A DNA stretch of 64,000 bases, from contig CBFDEM010000015.1 in NCBI GenBank assembly GCA_965603825.1, forward strand, positions 372,001-436,000, in the 5' to 3' direction. Each line of letters opens with the position of its first letter. The first letter of the stretch is position 1. The position numbers and the translations under genes are program-made. The notes beneath the pieces were generated by a model. That model was not told where the DNA came from and searched no databases. It saw only the letters and a list, made by a program, of their open reading frames with translations. Shown here in pieces: positions 23,790-35,499 of the stretch. Source of the stretch: Blepharisma stoltei ATCC 30299. Its lineage: Eukaryota; Protista; Ciliophora.

Positions 23790-24617
23790 ATGAGAATCGA
23801 AGAATCAAGCTCAGAGCTCTTATCATTTAACTCAATAAGCACTCAAGTATTATCCAATATATCTATAGAGCAATACAAAGAATTAAATACTGAATTTAAG
23901 ACAAATAAAAACAACGAGCTACTCAATAGAATGATACTAAGATTGCTAATAAAGAAGGTTGTTCCTGCAGGAATTAATAGGCCTCTTCATTTGATAATAA
24001 GCAAAATAATAGACGAATTCATGTTTGATGAACTCGAATTTGCCTTATGGACTATTTACTTAGAAAATATATCATGAAAGAGGGCAAAAAATTGCAATGA
24101 AGACATTTTAAGGTTTGCAGCATTTAAAGCAAAACTAGAGCTCGATAATGCAGAACCATATTTCACACACTTATCTCAAAAATACCCAAATTTTAAACTA
24201 AGATACCAGAAATGAACTCAAAAAAATAAAAATATCTTTGCTGCTAGTATATCAGATATGAATAATAAATTCAAAGAGCTTACAGCAATAGCCGATCTGG
24301 ACAAAGAACTAGAAGCTATAAATTTCGCATTTTTCTCAGAGTATATTATGAGACCTCCTGAGTTTAATTTCGAAGATGAAGCAGAATCCAATGAAGATAT
24401 CGAAAATAGAAGCGGTTTTGATTTCCAATCATGCTCAGCTAAAAAATACATAAAAATCAATGATGAAATTGAAGAATCAGTAGATTTAACTAGCTTCAGA
24501 AGATCGTCAAGCATTGAAGGGAGCACATCTTCAAGTGAAGACAATGATTCTGAGTTGCTTTATAGAAACTCACATTTAGATTGGGATCATTCTGTATCGA
24601 AAAAGGATAACTTTTAA
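23790..24617 (+). CDS. Uncharacterised tandem family member 1 (possible cyclin-like fold)
   Basis: Two TGA=Trp join ORFs 23790 and 24258; shared family motif IIDEFMFDELEFALWTIYLE..W...L.FAAFKAK. Confidence 0.75.
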
Positions 24618-25230
24618 ATTATATTCTCAAGAAAATATAATTTAAATAAAGAGATTTTTAATATTATATAAATTATTAAAGCCTTCTAGTTCCAATCATA
24701 TACTAAGCGAATAATTATATTATTCGTAAATTTCAAGCTAGCTTGTATGGTTTATAAATTCTAGTAGTATACTTTACTTTAGAAATTATGAAAAGTCTTA
24801 TAGGAGCTTCTATGCTATAGCAAACCTGAATAAAATTTACGATTATTAGAAAATCATTTTATAAGGCTTCATAATATGATAGAAGAAATTATCATGGTTT
24901 AAACTTATTTCAATTTATAATTTATAAGATAATACCTCTAATTGTTTAAAGATCATATTTAAAGTTAAAAAGCAGATTTAATTTATATTTGATTATTAGG
25001 TTCATATTAGTCTTGGAAAATATGTTCATTTCCAAAATGATATCAGAAAAAAATGCTGATTATAAAAATATATTTTTAATTTTTAAATTAAGATACCCTT
25101 TAGACTGGCATAGATAAATATCTTACTTATTTTTTACTGTTTTCTGTAGAATGCAGTTTCAAGCATGAAAATAATATCAATTTCAGTTGTCATATATAAA
25201 AGGGTATTCTATTTTAAGAATCTCCTAATA

Positions 25231-26030
25231 AGATTTCCATCTTTATATTCACATAAATAATCTAGTTTATGAGTAGCTTTGAAGAAGTGAGTAAAATTGC
25301 TAAAGTGCTGCAGGCTACTAAAAATAGAAATACCGATAGCTCATAGATATACATTATGCAAGTGCTTAGTTAATTTCTATAATAATCTAATTTATAAGCG
25401 ATTTGGAATTTGAAGTGAGTGAAATTGCTTGAATTGCTTCAAAAATCTCGAGATTATAAATACTACTAACTCTTGTGTCTTTAAATTACAGAAAATGCTC
25501 TGTTATTTCTATGACGATTTCAATATATCGGATTCTACAATAAATTCATAAAAATAAGTCACTTGAAGATAATGAGGGAAATTCCAAGAGCTTCTAGAAT
25601 TTTCGATAAGTCTTGTGTTCTGCATTATGCATAGTGCATAGCGTATTAGATTTTGTGCTATTAGACTTCAGAGTCCAATCCCAGCTTGAGCGATACATAA
25701 TAGGCTCATGAACTTTTATCTGTAGTCATTATGAAATCACGAAGCAGTTAACATAAGTCAGAACCTATCAAATCTAAATCGCTTATAAAATAGATTAGTA
25801 TAAATACAACAATGGAAATCTTCAAAGAAATGACTGAGCGCTTTGCATAATGTAGACTCTTAATAGCATGGATATTCTACTTTCAGTAGTACTGTAGGAC
25901 TTCTAGAAATTCACTCACTTCAATCTTTGTCTTCCAGTCAATTATTTTTGTGAATTTATTGTAGGAAGCCGATATTTTTTTGAATTATCATAGAAATGAT
26001 TGAGCGCTTTGCATAATGTGGATGTCTATA
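25231..26030. repeat. Degenerate ~130-165 bp repeat array: about 3 forward copies then about 2 inverted copies
   Basis: Blocks gaagtgagt(g/a)aa, acattatgcaa(a)g(c/t)gc, taatcta(a/t)tttataagcgattt and ctacaataaattca(t/c)aaaaataa occur at 25231-25640 and as reverse complements at 25765-26030. Confidence 0.75.
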
Positions 26031-26160
26031 ATTTCTAAATAATTTTACTCGCAAAGGCCCTACAGAACTCACTAATTTCGAGTTTCCAACTAAAAGCTAG
26101 TTTAAAAAATCTAAAGCGTCATTAATAGAAATTAATGGAAGGACTCAGGTTTTAGAGCGA

Positions 26161-26913
26161 ATGATAAATCAGATATTACGAAAAATAATTGCTTCTTCAA
26201 GATCCGAAAGCCATTGTATACAAAGCGAATTTAACAGAATAGTAAAAGATTTAATGATAAATGCGTTTGAATTAGCGCTCTGGGCACTTTATTTAGAAAA
26301 ATTGCCATTTAGAAAATTAAATAAAATTGAAGAAGAGTTACTTATATTTTCGGTTTTTAAAGCAAAATCAGAGTTAGTTGATGATATACAGCCATATTTT
26401 CCATTTTTGGCACAGAAAAGACCTGAATTCAAAAATAAATATTTAAGATGGGCTTTAGCAAATAAAAAGATCTTGGTTTACACATCTAATGAAATAAATG
26501 ATAAATTCAAAAAGCTTGCAAATACTGCCTATATTGATGAAAGTTTTCCAGATAATATCAATATAAACTGTATAGGCGATGCCTATAAAGAGCTGATTCT
26601 TACTTCAAGTCTAACAACTTTTCCTAATCTTATAGCTTATCTCAATGAGAATGAGTATGCGAGATATAAAATAAAAGAATACTTAGCAAGTTCCATGTCC
26701 TCGAAAAGGCATAAAATTCAACAAGATATAGAACCAAATCAATATGAAGAAAAATATTATTTTGAAATTGAAGGCCAGGTTTTTGTTCTTGAAGTTATAA
26801 AGCAAATAAAAGAAGAAAAAGAAGTTTTATTGTTCAAAATCAAAGGAGGAAGAAATAAAAGTGTTAAATCAAGGAATTTAATACAATCATGATTAAATAT
26901 CAAAAAATTATAA
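26161..26913 (+). CDS. Uncharacterised tandem family member 2 (N-terminus possibly truncated)
   Basis: IVKDLMINAFELALWALYLE...LLIFSVFKAK. Homologous in-frame sequence (INGRTQVLER) continues upstream of the ATG to a TAG at 26098-26100. Ends at TAA 26913 after one TGA. Confidence 0.65.
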
Positions 26914-28009
26914 ATATTGAGAATTACATAAGAGTGAGATTAATTATTATGGAGTTTTTACAATAAATTAATTTTATTATGTTCAAGTATGATTCCAAGG
27001 TTTTATTAAGAAGAATTTAATTAATTTCAAATTTATTTCTTAAAATTTAGATTTTATCGGGCGGTATATGGAAGCTATAGTCAAATAATTTTAGAAGAAT
27101 TAAATTAATTTTTTTGGATTTTATTATCTAATTTTTAAGTATGTAAAAATGCATCATAATGATATATTTTATTTTAAATCTTAAAAAAATTAGCAATCTG
27201 CATTTTATGCTTAACAAAGTTTCAAAAAATAACTAAGAAGAATTCAATTACTTATTATTAAAAAAATATTTGATTAAGCTATTTTTGAAAAGAATTATGT
27301 CAGTATTAAATTAGAATGATATCTTAATTTTTGATAGATGGATAAAATGCAAATAATTAATTTTATAAAATAGCTGTATAATTTTCCTGAATATGAATTT
27401 CAAAATTTTCATTAAAATATTAATAATTCTTGACTTAAAAATCGATTGATAATATTTGATCAATAAATGCTAAGTTTTATTTTTAAATAAGAATTACTAC
27501 AAAATTCTTCATGTTCGCATTACGTCAAGATTTAATATAGAATAAAATTAAGATAAGATATTAGAAGAGCGTTTTGATTGTTATGAACAATAAGCGATAA
27601 TCTCAATTGATCACAGTAAAATTTGAATATTGATGAAATATGCATTGCTAATAAAATGGAACAAATAGGTATTTAATAAAGAGCCAAAAGAGACTATTAT
27701 ATAATCATTAGAAGAAAAGCAAGCATTTCAAAGTTATAAATTATTAAAGTAATTCTTAGCAATTAGACTTCGATCTGCCTTATCAAAAGGACACTTTTGT
27801 TGCTTAAACTAATGAATTATTCTATACAAATTTTAATTCGTGGTTCTAGCAGGAAGTTACAAATATTTACTTATTTAAAAGTAATTTTTTATCTAAATAT
27901 CTGTTAATCACTTAATTTTTATTTGCTTTTAAATCCTGATAATTCCATTATTTTACCATTTTGAATAGTTATAACCAGATTATAAAAATAAAAGATCAAG
28001 ATAAAAGAA

Positions 28010-28885
28010 ATGAGCTACAGCAGCCTCTCAAATTATAATAATCTTTTATTAACGCCACTTAAAAACTCAATTGCAGCTCAAGAAACTCATCCTGAAGAAG
28101 ACACAATAAATTCTTTAAAAATCTACTATGCATTGAACCACCAATTTAAGGTGCTAGGAAGGTCAGAATTAACAGAGCGAATGATTCGGCGTATCACAAA
28201 ATGTGATTATATTCCAAAGGACTTTCAAGCAAGACCTTTATATATTAACTTATCAGGAATTATTGATGAGCTTATGCTAACTGAATTAGAGATTGCTCTG
28301 TGAGCAATTTACTTAGAAAATTTAGTATGGAAAAACCTTGATACTTACACAGAGCAGCTTCTTTTATTTTCAGCATACAAGGCAAAACAGTATTTCAACG
28401 GAAATAGCGTTGAGCCGTATCTTATGTATCTCAAGGCAAAGATAGGGAATTTTGAAGAAAATTTTAAATCTTGGCTCATAAAATATGAGGATGGATTTAA
28501 AGTAAATTTAAGAATGATTAATGAAAAATTGAATATGCTAAAAATAGTCAAAGATGCTGAAAGCGATTATTGCTCGCTAGATTATAACTATTATGTTGAC
28601 GTGATTTTATTGAAGGCAGTTCCTTATGCAGATAGAGGAGAGCAAAGAGCTATATTAAAGCCTGTTGAAAGAAGAAAAAACGAAGAACTTATGGATAAAA
28701 AAACTAAAAGGCAAACACCAATGAAAATACAAACTGAAAAGATAAATATGAAAAAGAAGAAAATTGAAAAAGATTCTATAAGCAGCATAAATTATACAGA
28801 AAATGATCCTGATATAGCAAAAATTGAAAAGTTCTGTGATGGTTTGATAGATTACAATGACCTGAACCCTGATGATTTTAAATAA
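28010..28885 (+). CDS. Uncharacterised tandem family member 3
   Basis: TGA at 28301-28303 aligns with W of EIALWAIYLE in paralog 32351; full-length colinear with it. Confidence 0.85.
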
Positions 28886-29590
28886 ATTATTAGGATTATA
28901 TAATTAAAGCTATTAAGATTAATTCATTCTTTATTCGATTTTTCTTATTTTTATGCTTTGAATTTTCTTTGTAATTATCCGTTTGATCAATTTTAATGCT
29001 GGACTCAAAAATATCTGAGACTAAATTTTTACAGAATTTATTTGTTCCATTAAAATTGTGCTTGATAAACTACTAGAATAAAGAAATAATACAAGACATA
29101 GCTATTAGCTGATATAATATTGCTGATTTTCTTAATAGAAAAAAATTTGATTATTATAATTTGAATTATAATTCTCGAAATGTTTGTTAATTAAAAGAAG
29201 AAGTGATTTTTTGAAAAATATTATTTATTAACCAATATCAAAATATTATAAAAATTTCACCAAAAAATGCATTTTTGTAGGTCCTGAAAATGTGAAACTG
29301 TATTCACAGTACAAATTCGCACTAAACAGAGCTCTTTATAGAAGAAATTTCCTTTTTTCTCCACATTTCAATGCTTAATAAAAATATTTTCGATTAAATC
29401 AAGTATGTCACTGTGTATAAAAGCGAATTGCAATTTATATCTTGAATCATATATTTTTCATTGAAAATTTAGGTTATTTAATAAATCATTATCTCTAATA
29501 TAAAACTGATTCCTCATAAATGTACCTATTTAATTTTTTATGATTAGTAGCTCAAGAGATTTAATGAGACTTATTTATTAAACCACTTAA

Positions 29591-30592
29591 TTAAGGCAGC
29601 TCAATAAATGACTTTTGGTTCAAATTAAACTTGTAACGACAAATTTTGGTATCGCCACTAATACCCGCAATGTTTATTTCTCCTTTGTTGTATGTCAGAT
29701 AAACTTGATAAAGACTAAAATTTATTATTGATTTTGATATTCGTCTCCAGACAAACTCATTTGAAACTTCGCTTTCATAGACTGATCCATTTATTTCAGT
29801 TAAATACATTCTCTCTGAATTAATTAGGATTTTTATTTTATATGCTTCAAAGTCATAAGGAATTGTGGAGAAAGACTCAATATCAATTGAATATATCAAA
29901 ACATTTTTATTATTCCATCCAGAAATCAAAATATTCCTATTAAATATTATACTATGACATCAGTAATCATGTTGCGGAAGTGGGCTTAATTTGATTCATC
30001 GGTTTTCATTCAAATCAAATCTCTCTGATAGAGTTAAAGCTTCACCACATTCATTATATCCTCCAAAGCAGTAAATATTATGATCGAAATAGATAGTTGA
30101 TGAACTATAGCATTGAGTTCCAGATGGCAGCTGCCGAACTCTAGAATTCTCATCGATTATTAATGAAATCCCAGAGCAAGAGCCATTGCCAAAACAAAAT
30201 AAATTACCATTCGGCAGTTGAGCAATGCATGTGAATAGGTTTAGCGGCTCAGGAGTCTCTATAATCTTTAATTCTTCAGTTTGATTTTCTGTATCATAAA
30301 TAATCAAATTAGTCCTGTAATTATCATCTACAATAGTATAAAGAGATGCTTTTTTGTGATAAGCATTAACATAATCTTGATAAGCTTGCTGAAGAAGTGG
30401 ATCATAAATGCAGGCATCTTTTCCGTAGATTGTGCAGATTCTTCTAAAGTCTTTCTCTAATTCTGGGTCAATTGGCTTATTTAAAACTTCAGATCTCTTG
30501 TCTCTTAATTCTTTAACGATCTTTTGGGTTTTTACAGCTTCATTATTTTTGATTAGCTCTCAAGACATGCTAATTATTTTATTATTAATCAT
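29591..30592 (-). CDS. Kelch-like beta-propeller protein (5' part degenerate)
   Basis: Open frame from ATG 30592 with three TGA=Trp. QLPNGNLFCFGN, IYCFGGY...SERFDLNENR(W)IKLSPLP. Upstream in-frame sequence contains stops. Confidence 0.7.
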
Positions 30593-30904
30593 GGGGCTTC
30601 ACTTTCTGATTTGAGCTTACTCTTTTTCCTCCAGTATTTTAGCTCTCTGTATTCTCGTTTATTAATGTTAAAATAGAGTCCTTGTCGTTGCTAACTCATC
30701 ATTTTTGAAACCTATGGCCTTTTTATACTCTTTTTAGCTGGTTTTATAGTTTTATTGCACTCTTCTAGAGTATTTTTTATATTAGAAAATTTGCAATCTC
30801 AAATTTATCTTTAATGAGGTATCCAATCATTTTCTTAATTATTTAAAGTATTCAAGTTTTGATATGCTTGAAAGAATATTCCTTAGAATTTTTAATATAT
30901 TTGA

Positions 30905-31595
30905 TTAGTCACTTAAAGGAACTAACTTAAGCCAGCACTTCTGTGCTTTCTCTCACTTCGATTCTTTATTTTCCAAATTGCTTATGAATTGATCATTTTA
31001 TATGAATATAAACATGGAAATATTATTAACAGAGCCCTTTTATAGTAATTGTGAAAGCTAATTTTTAGATTAATTTACTTTATTTTGCCAAGCTTAATGC
31101 TATTCATCATGATTATAAAAAATTGAAGTGAAGCAATGATTAAATTAATTTAAAATACATGAAAGTTTATTTAAAATTTGAGTATGATATAAAATGTAAA
31201 ATAGCAAGTCTACTCAACGAGTTGCATTTCCAATGAGTTCTAAAATATTAAGATGGATGGATTTAAGCTAGATTTAAAATCGAGAAATTGAATATGTTGA
31301 AAGTAGTCAAAGAAGTGAGAGCTTTATTTTTTTTAAATTATAATTATTGCATTGGTCTATTTTATTGTCTTCGATATTATATACAGATAGAGTTGATCAA
31401 GTAGCTATGCTAAAATTTGCAGAAAAAATAAAGATAAAATTGCTAAAAAACAAAACAAAAAATAGAATTATTGAAAGAAAACTAAAGCTAAGTAAAAAGA
31501 AATAAAGATTGAAAATAATCCATAAACAATATAGATCCTGCATATAAATTAGTGATGGTTTGATAGATTACAATGCCCTGAATCCTGAAGTGTTT
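30905..31595 (+). pseudogene. Decayed copy of family member 3 (28010-28885)
   Basis: gtgatggtttgatagattacaatgccctgaatcctga (31552-31588) vs gtgatggtttgatagattacaatgacctgaaccctga (28836-28872); gaaattgaatatgttgaaagtagtcaaaga vs aaaattgaatatgctaaaaatagtcaaaga; many indels and stops. Left boundary approximate. Confidence 0.8.
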
Positions 31596-32350
31596 TACCA
31601 AATATTAAGTAAAATAATCATTCTTTATTAAATACTTTGTCAATTTTTTTAAAATAAAATGTGCAAATTTAATAGTAAAAACTTTAAATAATTATAATAA
31701 TATATTTTGGAGAATTTATTTGCTGCATCAAAAATTATGCTAGATAAATTCATGAAATAAGAAAATAAGCTAAGAATATGATTATAGTTTGTCTAAAGCT
31801 TATTTTTAACGTTAAATAAATTAATTACAAAAATTTTGGATTTTATCAGCCATTGTTCTATACTGTAGGCAGTATCTCTAAACTTATCATATTCAAACTA
31901 TTAATATCTAAAGCAAGCTAGAAGAGTTTTAAAGCGATTTTGAGTTAATAAATGAATAAATCCAAGATTTTATTCTAAACTAGACAAAAAATTACATAAG
32001 AATTTATAAGATTATTTTTGGTTTTTTTTACATTTATTTTAATTTTAATTGAAATGTTCAATATAAGGCATAATCAACTAGGCTATATCTAATCTTTAAA
32101 TATCCTGCTATAATTTTTTAGCCACATTTCTTTAACTTATAGCAGCTTTAATTATTTTTTAGATCAATCCACGAGTCACTGTCGTATATAAAACGCTAAT
32201 TCTTAAAGCTATTTGTATTTTAATATATAAAATACTTCAATTTCAATAAAATTACGTCTAAAAACATAATGTCTAATTAATTCCAAATTAAATGCGCTTA
32301 ATGACCATTTTTAAATCATTAATAAATTAGTTCATTAAGTATATTTAACA

Positions 32351-33265
32351 ATGAATCAAGCGGAATTTTCAACGGTTTGTCACCCGCTCTCAGATTTTTT
32401 TGAAAACTCAAATAGAATGAATAACTCTTTGAAAGATAGCAAAATTGCTGGCTTATTTAAGATCTACAACTCAATGAATCACCAATTTAAACTTATTGGA
32501 AGACCAGAGCTCACAGAAAGAATGCTCAGGCGAATCATGATGAGCGAAAGCATCTCTCGAGACTTCCAAATAAAACCGCTTTACGTTAACTTGTCGGGAA
32601 TAATCGATGAGCTTATGATGAGTGAGATCGAAATAGCGCTCTGGGCAATTTATTTAGAAAATATAGTTTGGAAAAAGTTTGATACTTTCTCTGAACAGGT
32701 TTTATTATTTTCGGCCTATAAGGCGAAATTATATTTAAATGGGAATAGCATTAAACCAATCAAAGTTTATTTAATGGCAAAAATTGATGGCTTTCAAAAA
32801 AATTTTAAGCAATGGCATCAGCAATATGAAGATAAATTTGATATTGAGCTTAAAGAAATTAACAGTAAATTTAACTACTTAAAAAAGTTTAAAGGTGCAG
32901 AAATTGATTACGGAACGTTGAGCTACAACTATTATGTTGATGTGATATTACTAAGTGCAATACCATATGCAGAAAGGAAGGGAAAAGAAATTTTAAAGAT
33001 TAAAGAAGACTCTAGCGAAGACAACGATAAGACACACAAAAATTCAAAGCTAATTAAAAAGGCTAAGAAGGAGAATCCTATAAAACATCCACAAGAACCA
33101 AGGAAAATAATAAAAATCGAAAAATCTGATAAAGCAGTAGCTTTTAACAATACTATCAGAGAAGAAAAGCATGATCCTGAAATAGAAAAAATCGAGAGAT
33201 TCTGCGATGGTTTATTACAAAACGATGATCTTAATCCTGATGATTTTCTTAACAGCTTTAAATAA
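32351..33265 (+). CDS. Uncharacterised tandem family member 4
   Basis: 304-aa intact ORF; NHQFKLIGRPELTERM, IIDELMMSEIEIALWAIYLENIVWK, YNYYVDVILL, IERFCDGL...DLNPDDF. Confidence 0.85.
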   Translation: MNQAEFSTVCHPLSDFFENSNRMNNSLKDSKIAGLFKIYNSMNHQFKLIGRPELTERMLRRIMMSESISRDFQIKPLYVNLSGIIDELMMSEIEIALWAIYLENIVWKKFDTFSEQVLLFSAYKAKLYLNGNSIKPIKVYLMAKIDGFQKNFKQWHQQYEDKFDIELKEINSKFNYLKKFKGAEIDYGTLSYNYYVDVILLSAIPYAERKGKEILKIKEDSSEDNDKTHKNSKLIKKAKKENPIKHPQEPRKIIKIEKSDKAVAFNNTIREEKHDPEIEKIERFCDGLLQNDDLNPDDFLNSFK

Positions 33266-33933
33266 CCTTAATCTTATAAGACTGTATTATAAAATAATTT
33301 TTAGGGAAGTTGGACATTCTTCAATATAGAGAATAAGATTTTGGGATTAAATAAAATTCAGGAATTAATATCATTAGAAAATCTTCTAAAATAAAATATT
33401 GCAAGAATCGAGAGAACTTAACTCTAATTTTTGAAGATTTTTTTAGCATGAATATTGAATATGTGAAAATAAAATAAATTATTTGCTTAATAGATTAAAA
33501 AAGAGTAAAATAGTTTATTTCTAATGAGTTATCTTCACAATATTACTTAGGAAAGTCCAGCTAATATATTAGGAAAAATAATAAGAAATAATTAATTATT
33601 ACTATATCTATAAATAAACCTATAGCTAGCCTTAATAAATTAGCTTGAGCAGTTTTTTTTCTTCTTTTTTGATACAGAAATTAGTAGCCTCCCTTTGAAA
33701 TAATCTTTGGATTCAATATTTTCATCTTTGATGGGCTAAATTGAAAGTAAGCGAAGTAAGAAAATTTCAAAAATTAGCCTATATTAGCTTGGATCAATAA
33801 GTAAAATATGATAGCTTAATAAAAAATAGTCTTTCTTGGTATTGAGTGGGAGTAAATATAAATAAAGCTTGAGTTTTTACCAGAATCTCTAGAATAAAAT
33901 ATAATTGATTATATTTTGATTACGTTATTACCA

Positions 33934-35064
33934 CTATTTATTAGGCTTAGGCTTTACTGTTCTCCTTCTCCTTTTAATTACAACTGCATTTAGATCAACA
34001 TTAATGGCTTTTTTATCAATTTCTTTTTCTTCTACAATAGGCTTATTAAGGCTTTTATATTGATTTAATTTTTCATCCATCTGTTCTCTTAAAGACTTTT
34101 CTGGGACTTTTTTTAAAATTTCTTCCTTTTTCTGATTCCAAACTTTCATAATACTCTGCGCCTTAATTTTTATTTCTCCTTCGCTTCCTGCAGCAATTTT
34201 TTGAACAACTTCTATTAAAGGACTCATTCATTTTATCAATGTTTTATTTAATTTTTCTGGAAAATTATCAGCAATTCTTCTAAGATCAGCTGAAACCTGC
34301 TTTGCTGCATTATTCACAAAGTTTTTGCCTAAACTTTCATGTATTCTTTCTCAATCTTCTCCTGGGTACAGCAATAAATATTTGCTGTTTTTTCATTTTT
34401 TAATCAATTTTTGAGCAATCTCATAAAGATCACCTTTTCATCCATAGGATTTCAAGATTTTGATCAGATTTGTATCCGAAATTATTTTCATCGATTCTTG
34501 GTCAAATGGATCAAAAATGCTATCAAATGCATTTAAAATTTTTGCCCCCTTGCTTGGGTTTGTATGGAGCTCATCAATTAGCATAATAATGTTTTCATGG
34601 TTTTTTTCAAGAGCGCAATATGTGTCTTTTTCAATAACTTCTTCTTGAGATTCACTGGAAGATTCTGTAGCAAACAAAGATTGAGAGCTCTCTGAGTCGA
34701 AAGAAGACTCGCTTTCAGAGGAGCATTCATTGCTTTGAGAGTTTTTTCTGTTTTTCAGAATTTGTGAATCATCATTTTTTGGCTTTTTATTCGAAAATTT
34801 ATGCTTTCTTAGCCTTTTACGAGGAAACTTATCTTCTAGGCTTTCAAATTTGGTTTCTTCAACTGATTTATCAAGCTCTTCAGTTTGTTTTAATTTTACT
34901 CTTACAGGTACTGATAAATATTTAGATTTAATGAATTTATAGCTAGTTTGAGGATTAGAGTTGATTTCATTGATATTTAAAACTTTTCCATCATCAGAGT
35001 ATTGGTATTGGGTTTTTAAATCTTGAGAAGGTTGTTTTGAGCTAGAAGAATGAATAGTTTCCAT
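33934..35064 (-). CDS. Protein with TFIIS N-terminal (TND/LW)-like motif(s) and Ser/Glu-rich region
   Basis: Four TGA=Trp join ORFs 34438-35064 and 33934-34227. IISDTNLIKILK...IAQKLIKK(W)K resembles the TND terminal helix; second motif IKAQSIMKVWNQ. Confidence 0.6.
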
Positions 35065-35499
35065 TTAATCAATATGGGGGTTTAATAAGAAAATTAAAGA
35101 AATAAAATATAACGAAAATACAAAAATTGAACAATCAATAAAAAATATAATTTTTTAATTAAAAATTATTTTACAGTTAAATGAGTTTGAAGTCCCTAAA
35201 AGAGGCTTATAAGAAAATATTGATGAAGATTTCTTGCTAATTTTATTCTTGCCTCTTATATATTAGCAAAAATGTTTTTTGAGGTTTCTAAATTTTATAT
35301 TGTTAAAGAAATGTAAAGCCTATAACTAGAAAAAGGCTCAAACTGTCTCCATATACTGACACCCATGAATTTCAGAACTTCTAAAGGAAATGTAAATCTC
35401 CATTCATAAATGAGTAATTTAAACCATAAAACCTTATACTTTAGTGAACTTTGAAAACAAACCAAAACTCTCAATATCCTATTCAAATAGCATTAATAT

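Noticed and set aside
25231-26030. CRISPR-like reading of the repeat array
   Set aside because: Eukaryotic context; units are long, degenerate and partly inverted; no repeat-spacer regularity and no cas genes.
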